Below are positions 26,741 to 40,008 of a stretch of DNA of 64,000 bases, one piece after another. This DNA is from Eledone cirrhosa. Its lineage: Eukaryota. Each line of letters begins with the position of its first letter. The first letter of the stretch is position 1. The notes beneath the pieces were generated by a model, which was given only the letters and a program-made list of their open reading frames with translations, was not told the origin of the DNA and searched no databases. The DNA is taken from positions 82,646,001 to 82,710,000 of the forward strand of contig OZ024747.1 in assembly GCA_964016885.1 (NCBI GenBank), read 5' to 3'. Both the position numbers and the translations under genes were made by a program.

Positions 26741-28001
26741 TTAAAAAAAATGGAAAAGAAATCTGTTAAAATTTGATTTGCGCTTTGGGAATTGTAAACT
26801 GAAGAGAAAATCTGACATTAGTATAAAGAGAAGGATGGTATTGGGTACAACTGAATAAGTAAACAAACTGAATACATAATTGCAAGTTCGAAACAGCAAA
26901 GAATACATCTGGGTACATTGTGTACTCAGCTAACTCAATTCAATCCAAGCAAAGCAGGATCGTTGTATTTCCTGGAATATAGCTTATATTACGAGGAACA
27001 GTTTACAACAACAGTGCTATGCAACATGCACACAATCTAGATTTTCATCCAGAATTCTCTGCGTCATAAGAGAACCAATGACTTTGCACCTGAATTTGTA
27101 GGGACCGTAACCTCTGGTCAATCGGAGAAGCATTTGAAACCTGGTTGAGCACACCTTTGACCAGGGTTGAACCAAGCTAATTTCTTCCAGAAAAAGAGAG
27201 AGAGAGGTAGTGACAGAAAGGACGTGAGACAGGTATATAAAGGAAGAATCGACATCAAGTACTGGATAGGTATCTTTTTTTTCCGACCCTTCTTTTATGA
27301 ATCCCAAATTTGACTTCAGCGGGTTTGGAACTCAGTGCGAAGCGAGCCAGAACGAATACCGCAAGGTATTCCATCCGACGTTCTAATTCGCTGTCTATTA
27401 CAACTTAATTGTCACTTTCAAAACACGTGCACTCTACACTTACGTGTCACCATGGTTACATTGTTTGCTATCGGGGTATTTGTTTATCTATCAAACAGAA
27501 TGTAAACTTTCTACAGTACATTGCAATATAATCTAAATCACTCTGTCCAAATAGTATTTAGAAAATTAATTAATTAAATCAAATTAAACTATTGACTGGC
27601 CAAGATTCACATAGAAAGAAATATCCGTAGAAATAAGTACCATCAAAGCATTAAACGCACTAAACAACCAAGTTTAGTAGTAACCCTTGTAGTATATATG
27701 CAACGTTTTGTAAGCAAGAACTTCAACCTCGTTGTTCAGAGGTTTTCTTCGCCGATATTCAGACGATTGGCAATGGAAAACTCAGAGTAATGATTGGTGA
27801 AGAATATGATTCCAAAAGCTGATAACACTGTAATTTTAGTATTGAAAACTCTACCTTTTCTTCGAGTTAACACTAATACACGTCTCACTCTCATACATAC
27901 ATACATACATACATACATACATACATACATACATACATACATACATACATACATGATGGCTGCCCCCTCGTTATCGAGTATGGCCATTGCACGAGAAAAA
28001 A

Positions 28002-28053
<52 letters not shown>

Positions 28054-28359
28054 GAAAAAGAAAAAAGAAAAAACAAACAACAAAACCAAAGCAGCACAGC
28101 AACAACAGCAAAAAACGAGAAAAACAAACAGAGAAAAACCAAAAACAAAAACAGAAAAAAAAAAACCCCAAAAAAACGTAAAGAAAATAAGAATGAAGAG
28201 AGAAGCAGGCGGACGGACAGAGAAGAGGGGGGAAAAACTAAAACTTAAAAAACAAAAACTAAGTCAGACATTCGAACACTACATTACAATGAAACTTATG
28301 CTTATTCATTTTTGGGGGCCTTTCTGCCTGTGTGTTTGTTTGTTTATGTGTGTTCGTAT

Positions 28360-31300
28360 ACAGCGTGGTGATAATGCCACACAAGGGCCAAGTGGAATGG
28401 CGGATCCACAGATGGCTATGTAACCATACATTCGCCAATCCTCGATAAGAGTGTTTAAATATCGAACATAAACAGTTCGAATAACGGTGAAATGGAGACT
28501 AGAACGTCATGTGACAGACTCTCACCCAACAGGTGCTCCCTGGCTCAGCAGCAGGAACCTGACTGTCAACCAAATACTGCTGATGTTGGAGGAAGGAGAA
28601 GAAGGAAAGGGGCCAGAACCAACTGGACGAAAGAATTGAATAGAACTGTTATGCAATGTTACCTGAAAAGTAACCCCAAGGAGAGGGGCTACAGGAGACG
28701 GATGCATAACATCTGGAACGAGATTGGTTTATTTAAATTAGATGAACAAAAATTGGCCGGGCAGGCTCGGGTAATAAGAACTAATGGGTGGATAAGCGAG
28801 CTGGAACTGGAGGAACTGAGCAGAGAGAATGGCTTGGAGATGGCGGGTGTAGTATGCCAGACAAGCGAGCCAGTGGGAAATGAAGGTGAAGAGGTCCTGA
28901 GAACGGAGGAACCACCCGAAGCAGACAATGATCTGAATACTGAGATAAATAATACCTGGAACAGAGATACGGCCACTGAGGAGATGAATGCTGACGGGCT
29001 AGGACAAGATTCGGTTGACATCCTAAATTTAGTGGTAGATGAATTGAACAATGATAGTGGGAGACCTATGAACCTAAGATTTGTAGACAGGAAAAAGTTA
29101 AAAGAAACAACAGCTAAGGTAAACAAAGTCATCCCATACCTTGAGGCGAGGAGCCTTCACCAGTGCAACAATATCCTCAAAGCAACAGCAAATACGGTGA
29201 GGAAACTACTTGGTATAAAAGCGAGAGGAAACAACAGACAAGAAAGAGCAGAGCCGTGGTGGAAGACGCGACTGAGTGGGCAAATCGGGGAAATGAGAAA
29301 TGACATAGGAAAGCTTGAGTCACTACTGAATGGGACACTAAAAAACATAGGCACTAAAAATAGACTGGAAATAAAATACAAAACTAGGAGGAAAAAGCTA
29401 AATATTATCATAGAGGAACTGAAGCAACGCATTGTAGCAAAGAGTGCAAAAATCAGGCGATACGAGAACAGAGTCAGTCAGTATAAACAGAACCGCATGT
29501 TCGACAACAACCAGAAGATGCTGTTTGGACAGCTTGAGGGGAAAGAAAGAGGCAACGACTTGATCCCTGGGGCGGGGCAAACTAAAACATTCTGGAGAGG
29601 AATATGGGAGCAGGATGTTAGACATAATGTCCAGGCAGGGTGGATTGAGACAGTACAGAGGGAGATCGGTGAGCAGGCACAACAACAAACTGATTTGAGT
29701 ATCACAGTTGAAACTCTTAAGGGGCAGGCCAAAAAACTAACCAACTGGAAATCACTAGGCCCAGATGGTGTGCAGGGGTATTGGATTAAACATTTAACAT
29801 CCCTCCACCCGAAGCTGACGGCCATGTTCAATGACTGCTTGGTGTCGGGTGAGGTGCCAGAGTGGTTGACAAAAGGTACCACAGTTCTGATAATGAAAGA
29901 CCGAATCAAGGGTAATGATGTTACCAACTATAGACCTATCACATGTCTGTCCGTAATGTGGAAACTGTTGACGAGCATTGTGTCTGAGGAAATCTACCAT
30001 CACCTCCACACAAACAACTTGTTACCGGACGAACAGAAAGGATGCCGAAAGAAGTCACGTGGTACAAAGGACCAGTTACTTATTGATAAGATGGTAATGG
30101 GGAATTGCAGGAGGAGACACACTGATCTTGCCATGGGATGGATAGACTACAGAAAGGCATTTGACATGGTGCCTCATTCTTGGATCACCAAAAGCCTGGA
30201 GATCTTCAGGGTGGCAGATAACATCAGACAGTTGCTAGGCAGGAGTATGGGGTCCTGGGAGACAGAGTTGACATCAACTGGAGTATCCTTGGGAAGCGTG
30301 AAGATCAAGAGAGGTATCTTCCAGGGAGATGGCCTGTCCCCTCTGTTGTTTGTCCTTGCCCTGATGCCCTTGACCATTATGCTGCGAAAAGTGAGAGCAG
30401 GATACAAGTTGGGAAGGGGAGAGCTTACCATCAATCACCTCCTCTTCATGGACGATCTTAAGCTCTTCGGGAAAAGTGAGAAGGAGTTGGATGTGCTTGT
30501 TGACACTGTCCGTATTTTCGGCAGTGATATATGTATGCAGTTTGGTATTGGTAAATGTGGAGTCATTGTGATGAGGAGGGGTAGGTTGAGCAGAAGTAAC
30601 GGGATCCAGATACCAACAGGTGAGATGATAAAGGAAATTGACTCTGAGGAAGGATACAAGTATTTGGGCGTTCTGGAGGCTGATGGCATAAAGAACAAAA
30701 AAATGAAGGAATTGTTAAGAACTGAATACATTCGGAGAGTAAGGAGCGTATTGAAGTCACATCTGAACAGCAGAAATGCCATAAGCGCAGTAAATTCCCG
30801 AGCTGTGTCTATTATTAGGTACAGTGCGGGAATTCTGAGATGGAATGTTGCTGAACAAAAAGAAATGGATAGGAAGACTAGGAAGCTATTGACTATCTAC
30901 AACATGTTCCACAAGAGGAGTGATGTCGATAGACTCTACCTAAGGAGATCTGAGGGTGGAAGAGGTCTTATCAGCATAGAGGACTGTGTTCAGATGGAGA
31001 AAAACAACCTATACAAATACGTGACCTATAGTAAGGAGCCAATGCTCAGAACTGTACTGAAGGAGGGGACAGTAGGCCAGGGGATGTCCAAGGAGGAAAT
31101 AACATCAAGGAGGAAGAGCAGCCTTAAGGGAAAATCCCTTCATAGTACCTTCTTTGAGAAAACTGAATTTAGAGATCCACAGACATGGAACTGGTTGAGA
31201 AGAGGAGACCTCAAAAAGGCTACAGAAGGAATGCTAATGGCTGCGCAGGAGCAGGCCCTCAAAACGAAGTGGTTGAAGCACCATATTTACAAGGAGGAGG

Positions 31301-31970
31301 CTAGCCCACTGTGCAGGATCTGTGGAGAGAGAGAGGAGACTGTGGCTCACATTGTGTCTGAGTGTAAACACCTAGCCCAGACCCACTATAAGGGCTGGAG
31401 ACACGATGTGATGGGCAGGGTGATCCACTGGCACCTGTGCAAAGTAAACAATTTACCACATTCTGAGAAATGGTATGAGCATAGGCCAGAGGCGGTGATG
31501 GAGAACAATCAGGTGAAGGTGCTGTGGGATTTTAGGATACAGACGGACAAAAAAATGGAACACAATAGACCTGACCTGGTGGTTGTGGACAAAGAAAAAA
31601 GATCGTGTCTGATTGTGGATGTGGCCTGCCCGTTCGACACGAGAGTACAAGAGAAGGAGAGGGAGAAAATTAACCGATACCAGGACCTAAAGTGGGGGGT
31701 GAAAAGGATTTGGAACTGCCATGAAGTCAAAGTGATCCCGATTGTCATAGGCGCACTGGGGACTATCTCCAAAAGTTTCCAGGGATGGTTAAAGAAAATC
31801 GACCCCTTCACGCTTTTTGGAACGCTTCAAAAGGCATGCTTGCTTGGAACAGCAAGAACCCTCCGATACGTCCTGAATATCTGAGGCTGCAGGTAGTGGC
31901 TTGATATTCAATCCAACGGACTTTCCAGTTAACCAACATCAATGACTGAGATTCAAGGAATAATAAATAC

Positions 31971-31972
<2 letters not shown>
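28360..31972 (+). mobile_element. Apparently full-length R4/Dong-clade non-LTR retrotransposon
   Basis: Single long ORF, short 3' UTR, ends in (TAA)n at 31972-32010; 5' boundary approximate. Confidence 0.85.
28492..31884 (+). CDS. R4/Dong-type polyprotein: reverse transcriptase, CCHC zinc knuckle and restriction-like endonuclease
   Basis: 1130 aa uninterrupted; GPDG, YRPITCL, WIDYRKAFDMVPH, GIFQGDGLSP, LLFMDD, YKYLG; CRIC..H...C; RHD; RPDLV...D...EK..RY. Confidence 0.95.
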   Translation: METRTSCDRLSPNRCSLAQQQEPDCQPNTADVGGRRRRKGARTNWTKELNRTVMQCYLKSNPKERGYRRRMHNIWNEIGLFKLDEQKLAGQARVIRTNGWISELELEELSRENGLEMAGVVCQTSEPVGNEGEEVLRTEEPPEADNDLNTEINNTWNRDTATEEMNADGLGQDSVDILNLVVDELNNDSGRPMNLRFVDRKKLKETTAKVNKVIPYLEARSLHQCNNILKATANTVRKLLGIKARGNNRQERAEPWWKTRLSGQIGEMRNDIGKLESLLNGTLKNIGTKNRLEIKYKTRRKKLNIIIEELKQRIVAKSAKIRRYENRVSQYKQNRMFDNNQKMLFGQLEGKERGNDLIPGAGQTKTFWRGIWEQDVRHNVQAGWIETVQREIGEQAQQQTDLSITVETLKGQAKKLTNWKSLGPDGVQGYWIKHLTSLHPKLTAMFNDCLVSGEVPEWLTKGTTVLIMKDRIKGNDVTNYRPITCLSVMWKLLTSIVSEEIYHHLHTNNLLPDEQKGCRKKSRGTKDQLLIDKMVMGNCRRRHTDLAMGWIDYRKAFDMVPHSWITKSLEIFRVADNIRQLLGRSMGSWETELTSTGVSLGSVKIKRGIFQGDGLSPLLFVLALMPLTIMLRKVRAGYKLGRGELTINHLLFMDDLKLFGKSEKELDVLVDTVRIFGSDICMQFGIGKCGVIVMRRGRLSRSNGIQIPTGEMIKEIDSEEGYKYLGVLEADGIKNKKMKELLRTEYIRRVRSVLKSHLNSRNAISAVNSRAVSIIRYSAGILRWNVAEQKEMDRKTRKLLTIYNMFHKRSDVDRLYLRRSEGGRGLISIEDCVQMEKNNLYKYVTYSKEPMLRTVLKEGTVGQGMSKEEITSRRKSSLKGKSLHSTFFEKTEFRDPQTWNWLRRGDLKKATEGMLMAAQEQALKTKWLKHHIYKEEASPLCRICGEREETVAHIVSECKHLAQTHYKGWRHDVMGRVIHWHLCKVNNLPHSEKWYEHRPEAVMENNQVKVLWDFRIQTDKKMEHNRPDLVVVDKEKRSCLIVDVACPFDTRVQEKEREKINRYQDLKWGVKRIWNCHEVKVIPIVIGALGTISKSFQGWLKKIDPFTLFGTLQKACLLGTARTLRYVLNI

Positions 31973-32010
<38 letters not shown>

Positions 32011-32013
<3 letters not shown>

Positions 32014-32415
32014 TCTGTTCCAATAGACAAGAATGTATCTATAAAAACATTTGAAAAATTGAGCAAGTATAAGGACCTGGAGATAGAAATTGGAAAAATG
32101 TGGAAATTGAGAACTAAAACAATACCAGTGGTTGTAGGCGCTCTGGGAATGATACCTAAGGGGTCTAATGATTACATATCGCAAATCCCAGGAAACCCGC
32201 GTATAGGAGAAATACAAAAGATAGTACTAATGGGAACTGCCCATATACTAAGGAAGATTCTGTCAATATAAGTACATCACAAGTCTAAACACTAAAGATG
32301 CATGTGTGAATATGTATGTTCTTTCTTGAACATGGCGGACCTTGTTGTCTCTTGAGGTCACTGGTTGTGACTTGGTGATAACTCGTATGAACATAAAGCA
32401 AGATAAATGCAACTG

Positions 32416-32416
<1 letters not shown>
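32011..32416 (+). mobile_element. 3' fragment of a second, different R4/Dong-like element between (TAA)n tracts
   Basis: EKLSKYKDLEIEIGKMW..PVVVGALG..QKIVLMGTAHILRKILSI is homologous to the end of the 1130-aa ORF. Confidence 0.85.
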
Positions 32417-32447
<31 letters not shown>

Positions 32448-32660
32448 AAAATAAAATAAAAATATATATATATATATATATACATACACATACACACACA
32501 CACATATACACACACATACATTAATAACAATAATAATAATAATAATAATAACAATAATAATAACGACAACAACAATAATAATATACATATACATATATAT
32601 ATACACACACACGCACACACATAAGCGTATCTACACACACACACACACACACGATAGCAA

Positions 32661-34253
32661 CTAACAGTGCTGCGATCGAATGTGGCTTTTTAGCCCAGCC
32701 AATGATCTAAAATGTCTTGCACAGAGTCGGCAACCAAAACATTCACTGGGAATAGTCGGCTGTGGTTGGAGTTCGTGTACTTTTGCATGTCGTTTGAGCC
32801 CTCCTGCTGATTTACATTCTCTACCACATGTTTGGCAAGCATGATGAGTAGCATCTCCAACAGCAGCCTGGTAGTCAACCACTGGTCTTACTTTATGACT
32901 GCGAAAATGACTTTCGAGTCCAGCTTTGCTTAGGCAGAGTCTCGCACATACGCTGCATGTCAGCACCATAGGAGGACCCTCGCCGTCTGGAAGTGCAACA
33001 GCAATGCCCTTCCTCACATCCCGCTTTACTTTCTCGTATGCGATTCGAGATGCCTCAAAGGCAACTTTTCCCTCATATACAGTCTTTCTCCATTTATTAC
33101 GATCAGCAGCAATATTCTCCCATGTATCAGCAGAGATGTTAGCGTCTTTCAGAGAGGCTTTCAAGAAATCCTTATACCTCTTTTTTGGTTTATGTGGCGG
33201 TCGTTTTCCTTTAACCAACTCTCCATAAAAGAGTTGTTTTGGTATTCTAGAATCCTTCATCCTGGCAAAGTGACCACTCCAACGGAGTCGTTGCTTAAGT
33301 ACAAGAGCTTCTATACTGTCACACATAGAGCTTTCCAAAATCTCAACATCACTGATGTGGTCCCTCCAGTGAACGCCATGGATCCGTCTGAGACACATCT
33401 GATGGAAACACTCCAATTGCTTAAGGTGGTGTCGATATGTGACCCAGGTCTCGCAGGCATAAAGAAGACAAGAGAGCACACATGCCCTGTACACCTTTAC
33501 CTTTGTCCTCCTGCATATGTCTCGCCGACCCCAGAGTCGGCTTTCTAGCTTTCCGAAAGCATCACTTGCTTTCTTAATCCTAAGTGAGATTTCACTGTCA
33601 AGGTTGCTGTATCGATTGACAGTGCTTCCCAGGTATACAAACTGATCAACCACTCCAAGTCGTTTGCCATACACATAGATGTTTGGTTCAGTGTACTGCT
33701 TACCAGGGGCAAGTTGGTACATGACGACGGTTTTCTTGAGACTGACAGTCAGACCTAGGGCAGTGCAAGCGTCAGAAAATGCATTCAAAATGTGCTGCAT
33801 ATCACTCTCTGTGTGCGCTACAAGATCGCAATCATCTGCATACAAGAGGTCTCTTATGATTGATGTAAACACTTTTGTCTTCGCAGCAAAGCGCCTGATG
33901 TTAAATATGCTGCCTGAGGTTCGATATCGGATGTAAACACCATGCTCGCAATTCCTGAATGCAATACAGAAAACCATTGCAAAGTATATGGCAAACAGGG
34001 TCGGTGCTGGAATATCCCCCTGCTTCACTCCATTTTTTACTGAGATAGGCTCCGACATGTTACCCCCGACATTAACCCAAGCCTTCATGTCGTCATGGAA
34101 AGACCTAACTAAAGCAAGGAACTTATCAGGGTAACCAAGTTTCTGGAGAACCTTCCATAATGCATCTCTGTTAACAGTATCGAAAGCTTTTGTCAGATCG
34201 ACAAAAGCCTGATACAGATCCAAGCCTTGTTCCATGCACTTCTCCTGGAGCTG
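32661..34253 (-). mobile_element. 5'-truncated RTE-clade LINE; ORF2 with RT and three C-terminal C2H2 zinc fingers
   Basis: FVDLTKAFDTVNR, GVKQG, LLYADD, FVYLGS, LRWSGH, GKRPPHKPKKR; open for 524 aa; (TG)n tail. Confidence 0.92.
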
Positions 34254-34951
34254 TATGTATGAGGGAGCTGTATATATGAGGGAGATTATAGATAGGACAA
34301 CACACGCTGTCTTTTCGTCGGGTAAGTTTTTAATTAATTTTTGTATTCTGAAACATCAAAATACAACAATTTGTTGGTCACTGGACTCGGGAATATCACG
34401 ACAGAAGTTTGTGGAAGTTACACAAATATTTTAGTATATTTTAGCAGAGCAATCCTTATTTATATTTTACATTTTACATTTACTTACATCTCAATATAAC
34501 ATGGCTAAAATTCAAATTTTGCAAAGAGAAGAAAACGGTCAAATGAACTAGATACATCGCACTGTCCCCCCGCCACCACAATAACTTCTACACTCTCTCC
34601 CCACCATCACATGTCATTACCCTATCTAGACTAAAGTCATCGACCTGTTGTCAAACTCTCTACTCTCTGTTGAATGTGTATATATATATATATGTATGTA
34701 TATGTGTGTATATACATCACTCAGTCAAACGACCAGATTTCAACCCCAACATCTACAACAACAACACCGGCACTAATGTTTACAGCAACAACAGCTTCAG
34801 AATGAACTGAAATGAACATTTACAACAACAACAAGAACAGCGGCATCAAAAGATTTTTTTTTTTAAATTTTAAAACTAAAAAAAAAAAATACATACATAC
34901 ATACATACATACATACATACATACATACATACATACATACATACATACATA

Positions 34952-35888
34952 CATGGTGGCTGCCAACTCGTTTTCGAGTACGGCCACTACATCATTGGAT
35001 ACCATCAGGGTTGCAGGTGTTATATCAGAGTTTTCCTTCTCCTAGAATTCTGCCTTGGCCAAGGCTAAGGGGTCATCTCTCCCGGTGATTTTGGATGGCC
35101 ATTGACTCTTAAGAGCTCCTTTGCTCTTTGACAGGTTTTGTTTTTAGTCCTGCAGGATGTCCAAAGTCACCCTCCTCACCAAGAACCCTTGGTGGGGTTG
35201 CCAGTTTAATCGCCAACGACCCGACCATGAGACAGTTTGTACTGGAATACATGTTACCAGTAGCACCAACTGGTGACCTGACATACATACATACATGGTG
35301 GCTGCCAACTCGTTTTCGAGTACGGCCACTACTTTATATCCATGTAGGAGAACTCCTACCGATGCGCTGAACGAGTGTGACTTTTTAGTCCAGCCAGCGA
35401 CTTGAAAACTCTGGTATAAACACTACACTTGTGACAATTATTGACACATAGTGCTGGGCCCAGAGTACCATGTGACAAGTCCAGATATAAAGCAATGCCT
35501 GTGCCGTGAAGCTTTTATAGTGAGCAAAGGCACTGCACAAAGCCAGTCCCACTCTCTTAACCAAGATGATATTTACCAAAAAGAAGAACAAGTCAACATC
35601 ATTAGATACCATCAGGGTTGCAGGTGTTATATCAGAGTTTTCCTTCTCCTAGAATTCTGCCTTGACAAAGGCTAAGGGGTCATCTCTCCTGGTGATTTTG
35701 GATGGCCATTGACTCTTAAGAGCTCTTTTGCCCTTTGACAGGTTTTGTTTTTAGTCCTGCAGGATGTCCAAAGCACCCTCCTCACCAAGAAACCTTGGTG
35801 GGGTTGCCAGTTTAGTCGCCAACGACCCGACCATGAGACAGTTTGTACTGGGATACATGTTACCAGTAGCACCAACTGGTGACCTGAC
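34952..35888 (-). mobile_element. Two tandem non-autonomous LINE-derived elements (family 1) with (TATG)n tails
   Basis: Copies 34952-35282 and 35294-35888 share both ends; RTE-5'UTR-like GGAGAAGGAAAACTCTGA..ACCTGC; bounded by (CATA)n. Confidence 0.7.
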
Positions 35889-35987
35889 ATACATACATAC
35901 ATACATACATACATACATACATACATACATACATACATACATACATACATACATACATACATACATACTTGGATTTGCGGACAAAGA

Positions 35988-36155
35988 GCGCGGCTCCCTA
36001 ATTCATAGTCTACAAATGGCTGCGATAGCTGGGACCTTCAAAATTTGCAAAACATTCTTGCGATTCAAGGGATGACAATTTCTTTTCTTTTACAACCTTG
36101 CCACCAGGAAGGTGGCCGGTCAAAAAATATACTCGAAATTAAGAGAAAGAGATAC
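35988..36155 (+). mobile_element. 3' end of an RLE-type non-LTR retrotransposon inserted in (CATA)n
   Basis: [26 protein letters not shown] resembles the C-terminus of RLE-type ORFs; flanked by TACA repeats. Confidence 0.55.
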
Positions 36156-36411
36156 ATACATACATGCATACTTACATACAATTTACAGATACAAAGCGTA
36201 TGCACATGCACACATACAACTCAAAACACACATCCACCCATACAATAACATCCATACCTACACATGCATGCATGCAGACATGCAGACATATCTACCTAGT
36301 TGATGCTGTGTAAATTCCAATGAGAGATTCTTGCAACTATATTAGAAACTGACACTCTCTCTATTGGCAAACATTTGTGAAATTATAAAACCAGAAGAGC
36401 ATACATACATA

Positions 36412-36943
36412 CATGATGGCTGCCCCCTCGTTATCGAGTATAGCCATTGCACAGTATAATATTATTAATAATTATCAATTAATGCTATCGTGCAATGCCT
36501 GTGCGTGAAGATTCTTTTTAAAGTGAGGAAAAACTGTGCACTGAGCCAATCCTACTCTCTGAGCGACAGTAGCCATAACCCGAAAAGAAGAAAAGATCAA
36601 CATCATCGGTAACTACTGAGCTGCAGGTATGATGTCGGAGTTATCCCAGTTTTCTGAGTTGCTTTCTCCTAGAAGAATGCCGACATATATACATACATGA
36701 TGGCTTCCCCCTCGTTGTCGAGTATGGCCATTGCACGATATATATGCCATTATTAATAATTATTAATTAATTCTATCGTGCAATGCCTGTGCGTGAGGAT
36801 ATTTTTTAAAGTGAGGAAAGACTGTGCACTGAGCCAATCCCACTCTCTGAGCGACAGTAGCTATAACCCGAAAAGAAGAAAAGATCAACATCATCGGTAA
36901 CTACTGAGCCGCCGGTTTTATATCGGAGTTATCCCAGTTATCC
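36412..36943 (-). mobile_element. Two tandem non-autonomous elements (family 2) with (TATG)n tails; another 3' end at 27952-27994
   Basis: Shared terminus CATGATGGCTGCCCCCTCGTTATCGAGTATGGCCATTGCAC next to (CATA)n. Confidence 0.7.
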
Positions 36944-37227
36944 CATACATACATACATACATATACACACACACACATGTACAGATACAAAGCATGTTCA
37001 TGCACACATATAACTCAAAGGATACACGCCCACACATAAAATAACATCTATACCTGCACACATGCATGCAGACATGCATACATATCTACCAAGTCTATCT
37101 AGTTGATGTTGTTTAAATTCCAATGTGTCTTGTGTCTATGTTAGAAACCAACTCTCCCTCTCTATTGGTAAAAAATCTATAAAATTATAAAACGAGAACA
37201 TACATATATATGTGTGTGTATTGTATA

Positions 37228-37398
<171 letters not shown>

Positions 37399-37602
37399 AG
37401 CGCTAGTAATGTATTTGCATGTTCTAGAAGAATCTTTTACTGTGTTTTATTTTGTCTTGGCAAATTACTTTAACCTACACTTGCTTCATTTGTGGTTTTC
37501 TCTGTCCAATTAGGTATCGTGTTTATATTATTCGGTTTCTTTCACAATCAGTTTCCATTTTCCTACATTCCGTCTTCTCTGCTATCATAATATTAGAATA
37601 TC

Positions 37603-38448
37603 AGACACATACAGACACATACAGCCACATACAGACACATACAGACACATGCAGCCACATACAGCCACATACAGCCACATACAGACACATGCAGCCACAT
37701 ACAGACACACTGACACATACAGACACATACAGACACATACTGACACATGCAGACACATATAGACACATACAGCCACATACAGACACATACAGACACATAC
37801 AGACACATACAGACACATACTGACACATACAGACACATACAGACACATACAGACACATACTGACACATACAGACACATACAGACACATACAGACACATAC
37901 AGCCACATACAGCCACATACAGACACATACAGCCACATACAGACACATACAGACACATACTGACACATACAGCCACATAAGACACATACAGACACATACG
38001 GCCACATACAGACACATACAGACACATACTGACACATACAGCCACATACAGACATATACAGACACATACTGACACATACAGACACATACAGACACATATA
38101 GCCACATACAGACACATACAGCCACATACAGACACATACAGACACATACAGACACGTACAGAAACATACAGACACATACAGCCACATACAGACACATACA
38201 GGCACATACAGACACGTACAGAAACATACAGACACATATAGACACATACAGACACATACAGACACATACAGACACATACAGCCACATACAGACACATACA
38301 GCCACATACAGACACATACAAAAACATACAGACACGTACAGAAACATACAGACACATACAGACACATACAGCCACATACAGACACATACAGCCACATACA
38401 GACACATACAGGCACATACCGACACATACAGACACATACAGACACACA
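37603..38448. repeat. 10-bp minisatellite (CAGACACATA)n, about 84 units
   Basis: Directly visible, with CAGCC/CTGAC variants. Confidence 0.95.
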
Positions 38449-38739
38449 AATATTGCCCATGTATCTATATGATCTCTACATTTCAACATTATGGATACAC
38501 ATACGCCTACACACATTATATATATATATATATATATATAGCTATGCTAGAGCAAGAAATAGAATTCTAATTTTATATATACATATATATACACACACAC
38601 ATATATATATACACACACAGACATATATACACACACACACATATACACACACACATACACACACGCACAGGCACACACACACACATACATATATATATAT
38701 TTACACACACACATATATATATATACACACACACAAACA

Positions 38740-38771
<32 letters not shown>

Positions 38772-38822
38772 CATATATATATACATATATATCAACACAA
38801 ACATATATACATATACATATAC

Positions 38823-38908
<86 letters not shown>

Positions 38909-39690
38909 AGGCGTGTATGTATGTTTTTATATATGCATATATATAATTATCTGAATTTACACATACACGTATGAATATGCAAATATATAAGAGTAGAGGC
39001 GTATTTAAACACACTCGGTCACACACACACACACATACTCACTCGGTCACACACACACACACATACACACTCATACCTACACATACACGAAAAGTAAGTT
39101 CATGAGAATAAGGCAGAGACAGTGCATATATATATATTAAAAATACATCCGCATAATAAACACTTCTTTTCTTTATTCGATTGATCTTCTGGAGTTGTTT
39201 AGACTTTAACAAAATCGAAATATTTTAGGAAATAACTGTTTTTTGTGTTGTTATAACTATCACATCTTCCTCTTCATGTTCGTTACATTTTATATTTATT
39301 TCTCTTCATCTTTTTATATTTTTCTATCTTTTCTTCATCTTTCTTATATATTTTTTTTCGTCTACAACCAAAACTGTAAGGAATTTTCTAAGGTTTCCCA
39401 CCACATCCCACCGCGCTCTTCAATCACGACCACAAAATTAGGATTCCTCCTTAAGCAAGTATTTTGTTTGTTTTGTTTTTTTTGTTTATTTCAATTTTCT
39501 TTTGTTTGTTTGTTTTTTGGCTACTTCTGAACTATATTTGTCTCTGCACTTACATTGTTCATTTTTTTCATTGCCTATCTCTCTCTCCCTCCTTCTCTCT
39601 CTCTCTCTCTCTATTAAATATATAACTCTCTCCGGTTAAATATATATGTGTGTGTGTGTGTGTGTGTGTATGTATACACATATATATATA

Positions 39691-39976
39691 TTAGAAAGTG
39701 AGTTTTTTTTACAAAATGAAAAATAACCGAGGTGTCCTACACGAGTGAAAGTATAAAGAAAAAAAGATGAAATCGAAAATGCGACTGGAGTCTTATTTTT
39801 TAAAAAATATATATATTTATTTGGTTCCTTTACCGGTTTCACATCTGTGAGAAAAACAACAGACTCTCCATCTCAACTCTACTTTTGAAAAGCAGAAGAA
39901 CTGCGAAACCGTAAAGGAACCAAATAAATATATATATTTTTTTTTTAAATAAGACTCGTTGCATTTTCGATTTCAT

Positions 39977-39985
<9 letters not shown>
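39691..39985. mobile_element. Inverted PLE-type terminal repeats (same family as 14180-14510) with an HHR-like motif at 39880-39918 (+)
   Basis: TTGAAAA-gcagaagaactgc-GAAA-ccg-TA-aag; the left arm is truncated inside the ribozyme. Confidence 0.7.

Positions 39986-40008
<23 letters not shown>

Noticed and set aside
28400-28495. Possible HDV-like ribozyme in the R4/Dong 5' UTR (TCCTCG motif, ttcgcc/ggtgaa pairing)
   Set aside because: P1, P3 and J4/2 could not be built by eye; needs a descriptor search
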